NCBI RefSeq assembly: GCF_009914755.1
Contig: NC_060938.1
From: the human T2T-CHM13v2.0 reference genome, Homo sapiens
Direction: 5' to 3' (one strand)
DNA length: 64,000 nucleotides
Below, piece by piece: positions 60,780 to 64,000 of the stretch. The translations under genes and the position numbers were made by a program. A model generated the notes under the pieces. That model did not search any database. It was not told where the DNA came from and saw nothing but the letters and a program-made list of their open reading frames with translations. The number at the start of each line of letters is the position of its first letter. Positions within the stretch are counted from its first letter, which is position 1.

Positions 60780-61560
60780 ATATCAAGAATACCGTGCACA
60801 ACCCCCTGTACTCACAACTCAGTTCTTCATTTACTCCCAACTTCTCTTCAGCATCTTTGAGACTCCCAGGACCTTGGCCCCTCTACATTCTCTAAGTCTA
60901 TGAATGGCCTCCTGATCTTACTTATTCTCTTCCTAGTCTGCAGCCTACGATGCCATGACTTTGGTTATACTGATGACTGTCTTTAGTTCTCTGCCTCCTT
61001 GATATTCTATCACACCCAACCTAAAAAGCCCAATCCTGACGTCAATCCAGTCATAATTCTTCTACCAGGCTTTGGATCCCATCTCTCCTATCTCCTAAGG
61101 AAGGGTCTTGCTTTCTTCAATCACATTCCTTCACTTCTACTATTTCTGCCCGATACATCTATGTCTTAAATATCTCCCTGGATTCCAAATAGCTTATTTA
61201 GCACCTCATTCTTCAAAAGGAATTTATACCAGTTTTCTCCACTTCATCATTACCAATTTACTTCTCAACCCAAAGCAATCTGGCCTTTGCCTTCCTCATC
61301 TTGCCCAAGCTGCTTTTGTTAAAATTACCAATCCTTTTCATATTGCCAAATCCAAATAACCTTTTTAAATTCTTACCCTTTTTGATCTCCTGATGGCATC
61401 CAAAACTGCTAATCATCCCCTCTTTCTCTAAATTCTTACCTCACCTTCAAATTCAGTGTTGCCCAGAGTTGCATCCTTGCCTTCTGCTTTTCTGATTCTA
61501 TAGATTCCTCCAGTACCTCATTCAAACCTAAGACTTGAACCACTGAGAACATTCACAAAC
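60780..61560 (+). mobile_element. Degenerate L2
   Basis: CTCAACCCAAAGCAATCTGGC ... ATTGCCAAATCCAA. Confidence 0.6.
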
Positions 61561-61632
61561 TGACACCATGTAGCTCAGATGTCTCTGCTGAGTGGAGGCC
61601 CATATGCACACTGATTAAGAATGCAGACTCTA

Positions 61633-61938
<306 letters not shown>

Positions 61939-62546
61939 AAGAAAGAAAGAAAAAAAAGAATGCAGACTCTGAATTCAGACAGACTTGCCTTCCAAATTGT
62001 CTCTGCATTTACCAGCTGTCTGGCCTTGAGAAAGATACTTAACTTAAAACTCAGTCTTCTCAGGTTCAGAATGAGAGCAATCATATCACTAATACCTACC
62101 TATACAGTTCTTTGGAAGATTAAACAAAATAATGTATGTAAAGCACGTAGTTAACAATCAATAATATTAGCTATTGTTGTTATTACAGGATTCTCTACCT
62201 AAGCTCCCCAAAGTAACTCAAACTTTACATATTAAAATATCAACTGAATGCCCTCATGCTTCTCCTTTTATTGCAGTAATAATCATAATAGCTCTCTCAA
62301 GGATTAATTTATATCATTATCCTGTAAGTTAAATATTAGTGACCCCATTTCACATATAAGGAAACTGAGGCTTAGAGAATTACTCTGCTTGAAATGGCAG
62401 AAAAATGGCAGTTAGGATTCAAATCTTGGTCCTCTGACTCCAAAGTTTATGATGTTTGGTACCGATATATGACTTCAGTGTTCAATTCCCAAGCCAAAAC
62501 CCAGGACATTTATTTTGGATTTCTTCCCTCTCACTCAGCTACATCT

Positions 62547-62691
62547 AGTGGTGTGCTGCAGAACTGGCTTGAATGAAAAAAAATCCCTGATTTGTAGCAT
62601 TTGCTGATTTCAAGCTATGAAGGTGACATTACTGAAAAGATGGGCAGAAATGTCTTGAGAGCCTGCATAAGTCAGCTCCAGCACGGCACTG
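62547..62691. mobile_element. MER63-like hAT MITE
   Basis: AGTGGTGTGCTG ... CCCTGATTTGTAGCATTTGC ... CTCCAGCACGGCACTG inverted ends. Confidence 0.7.
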
Positions 62692-62816
62692 GATCCAGTA
62701 AGCCCCCAAATCCTCTTAATTTGGGTATAGATCATTTGGTTGAAAGCCATTTGCCAAAACCAACTTAGTCCGAATCAAGTTGGTGAAAGCAACACTGTGT
62801 TAAAACAATCTGGTTG

Positions 62817-63128
62817 AGTCCGGGCACAGTGGCTCATGCCTGTAATCCCAGCACTTTGGGAGGCCAAGGCAGGTGGATCACTTGAGGTCAGGAGTTTGAG
62901 ACCAGCCTGGCCAACATGGTGAAACCCTGTTTCTACTAAAATTACAAAAATTATCCAGGCGTGGTGGCAAGCACCTGTAGTCCTAACTTCTCAGGAGGCT
63001 GAGGCAGGAGGATCACTTGAATGCGGAAGGTGGGGGTTGCTATGAGTCGAGATGGCACCATTGCACTCCAGCCTGGGTGACACAGCGAGACTCTGTCTCA
63101 AGAAAAAATAAATAAATAAAAATGAAAA
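62817..63128 (+). mobile_element. Alu (Jb/Sz-like)
   Basis: Full Alu with (AAAT) tail. Confidence 0.92.
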
Positions 63129-64000
63129 TAAAGCATTCTGGTTGAAAAGGAATAACATTCAGTGATAAGCTGCAGATTTTTTCTCTTTTTGTCTTTTATT
63201 CCCTCTACTTTTTCCCTAAATAAATTTTGGCCAATTAGTCCCCTGGATATCCAACTGTAGGCTATTAGTTCCAATGTTTTAATCTTGTGAACGTCCACTC
63301 CCATTACCCTTCACCCTCCATGGTCCAGCTTTACTGTACATCCTTCGGTTCTCACAAATGTTATGGTTGCTTCACCTCTAGGTCTGTGCCCAGGCAGTAC
63401 TTCAACCTAGAATGTCTATCCCTCCACTCCACCATCTTTGCCTGGCTGACTCCTGTCCCTTCACTTTCAGTTTAGGCATCAGCCATGGGAAATTACTTGG
63501 AACAGACTAAATGTGAAACAATGGGAATTAGATTGGAAGAGTACAAATGTCCAACAATTGGCAGATTATGTAAATGAACTGTGCTGGTTTTCAAAACGTA
63601 GATGGTGTAATCTATTTTGGTAGGGAAGAATGCACATCTACATGGAAAAGAATCTAAAAAGTTAGTGTCTAGGGGGTTTTGCAGTGGTTTTCTAAATGTG
63701 AGTGGGATTGTGGGAGGTTTCTTTGCTTGTCTGTAGCTTCCGTAATAAGTATGCATTGCTTTTGTAACAAGGAAATCTGTTTTTTTTTTTTTTTTTTTGG
63801 TAAGATACTCTTATTGCTAATATCTTGGTATTCCACCTGTTCATTATTATAATCAATTTGGGACAAGGATTACTGGCTGACTATTCACTGGATAGAAAAA
63901 GAACCTAGAAAATAATGGAAAACAGGTCATATTTAAGAACACGTAAGTCATCATATGGTGCACAAAAATGACCAGAAATGAAGAAACCAGATACCCAAGA

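Noticed and set aside
61037-61044. Perfect CRE palindrome TGACGTCA
   Set aside because: A single isolated 8-mer inside degenerate L2, with no supporting context.

Overview
This is primate, very probably human, intergenic or deep-intronic DNA. I found no protein-coding exon, RNA gene, CpG-island promoter or CRISPR array, and I cannot identify the locus. The ORF track is mostly Alu/L1/LTR read-through or chance ORFs. The window is a dense interspersed-repeat landscape: about 27 Alus; old L1M, L2 and MIR fragments; solo LTRs (MLT2A, MLT2D, MLT1, MSTA, LTR33-like); and DNA transposon fossils (MER3, MER20, MARNA, Charlie, Tigger3/4, MER63). Subfamily names were assigned by eye from recalled consensus sequences, and many boundaries are approximate. 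Five observations stand out. (1) A pogo/Tc2-like transposase fossil is split onto opposite strands, with short inverted duplications at the joins, implying an old ~2.8 kb inversion. (2) Inside that segment lies a near full-length Charlie hAT transposase fossil closely resembling the domesticated C-terminus of ZMYM6. (3) One Alu has four tandem 134-bp left arms, retained CpGs and PRDM9-type motifs. (4) An 81-bp inverted templated insertion was copied from 1.3 kb away. (5) A ~780-bp orphan insert splits an L1 5' region. Several candidate enhancers (TEAD, AP-1, forkhead) are supported by motifs only. I see no convincing new biological system; the signals concern genome rearrangement history and possible regulation.
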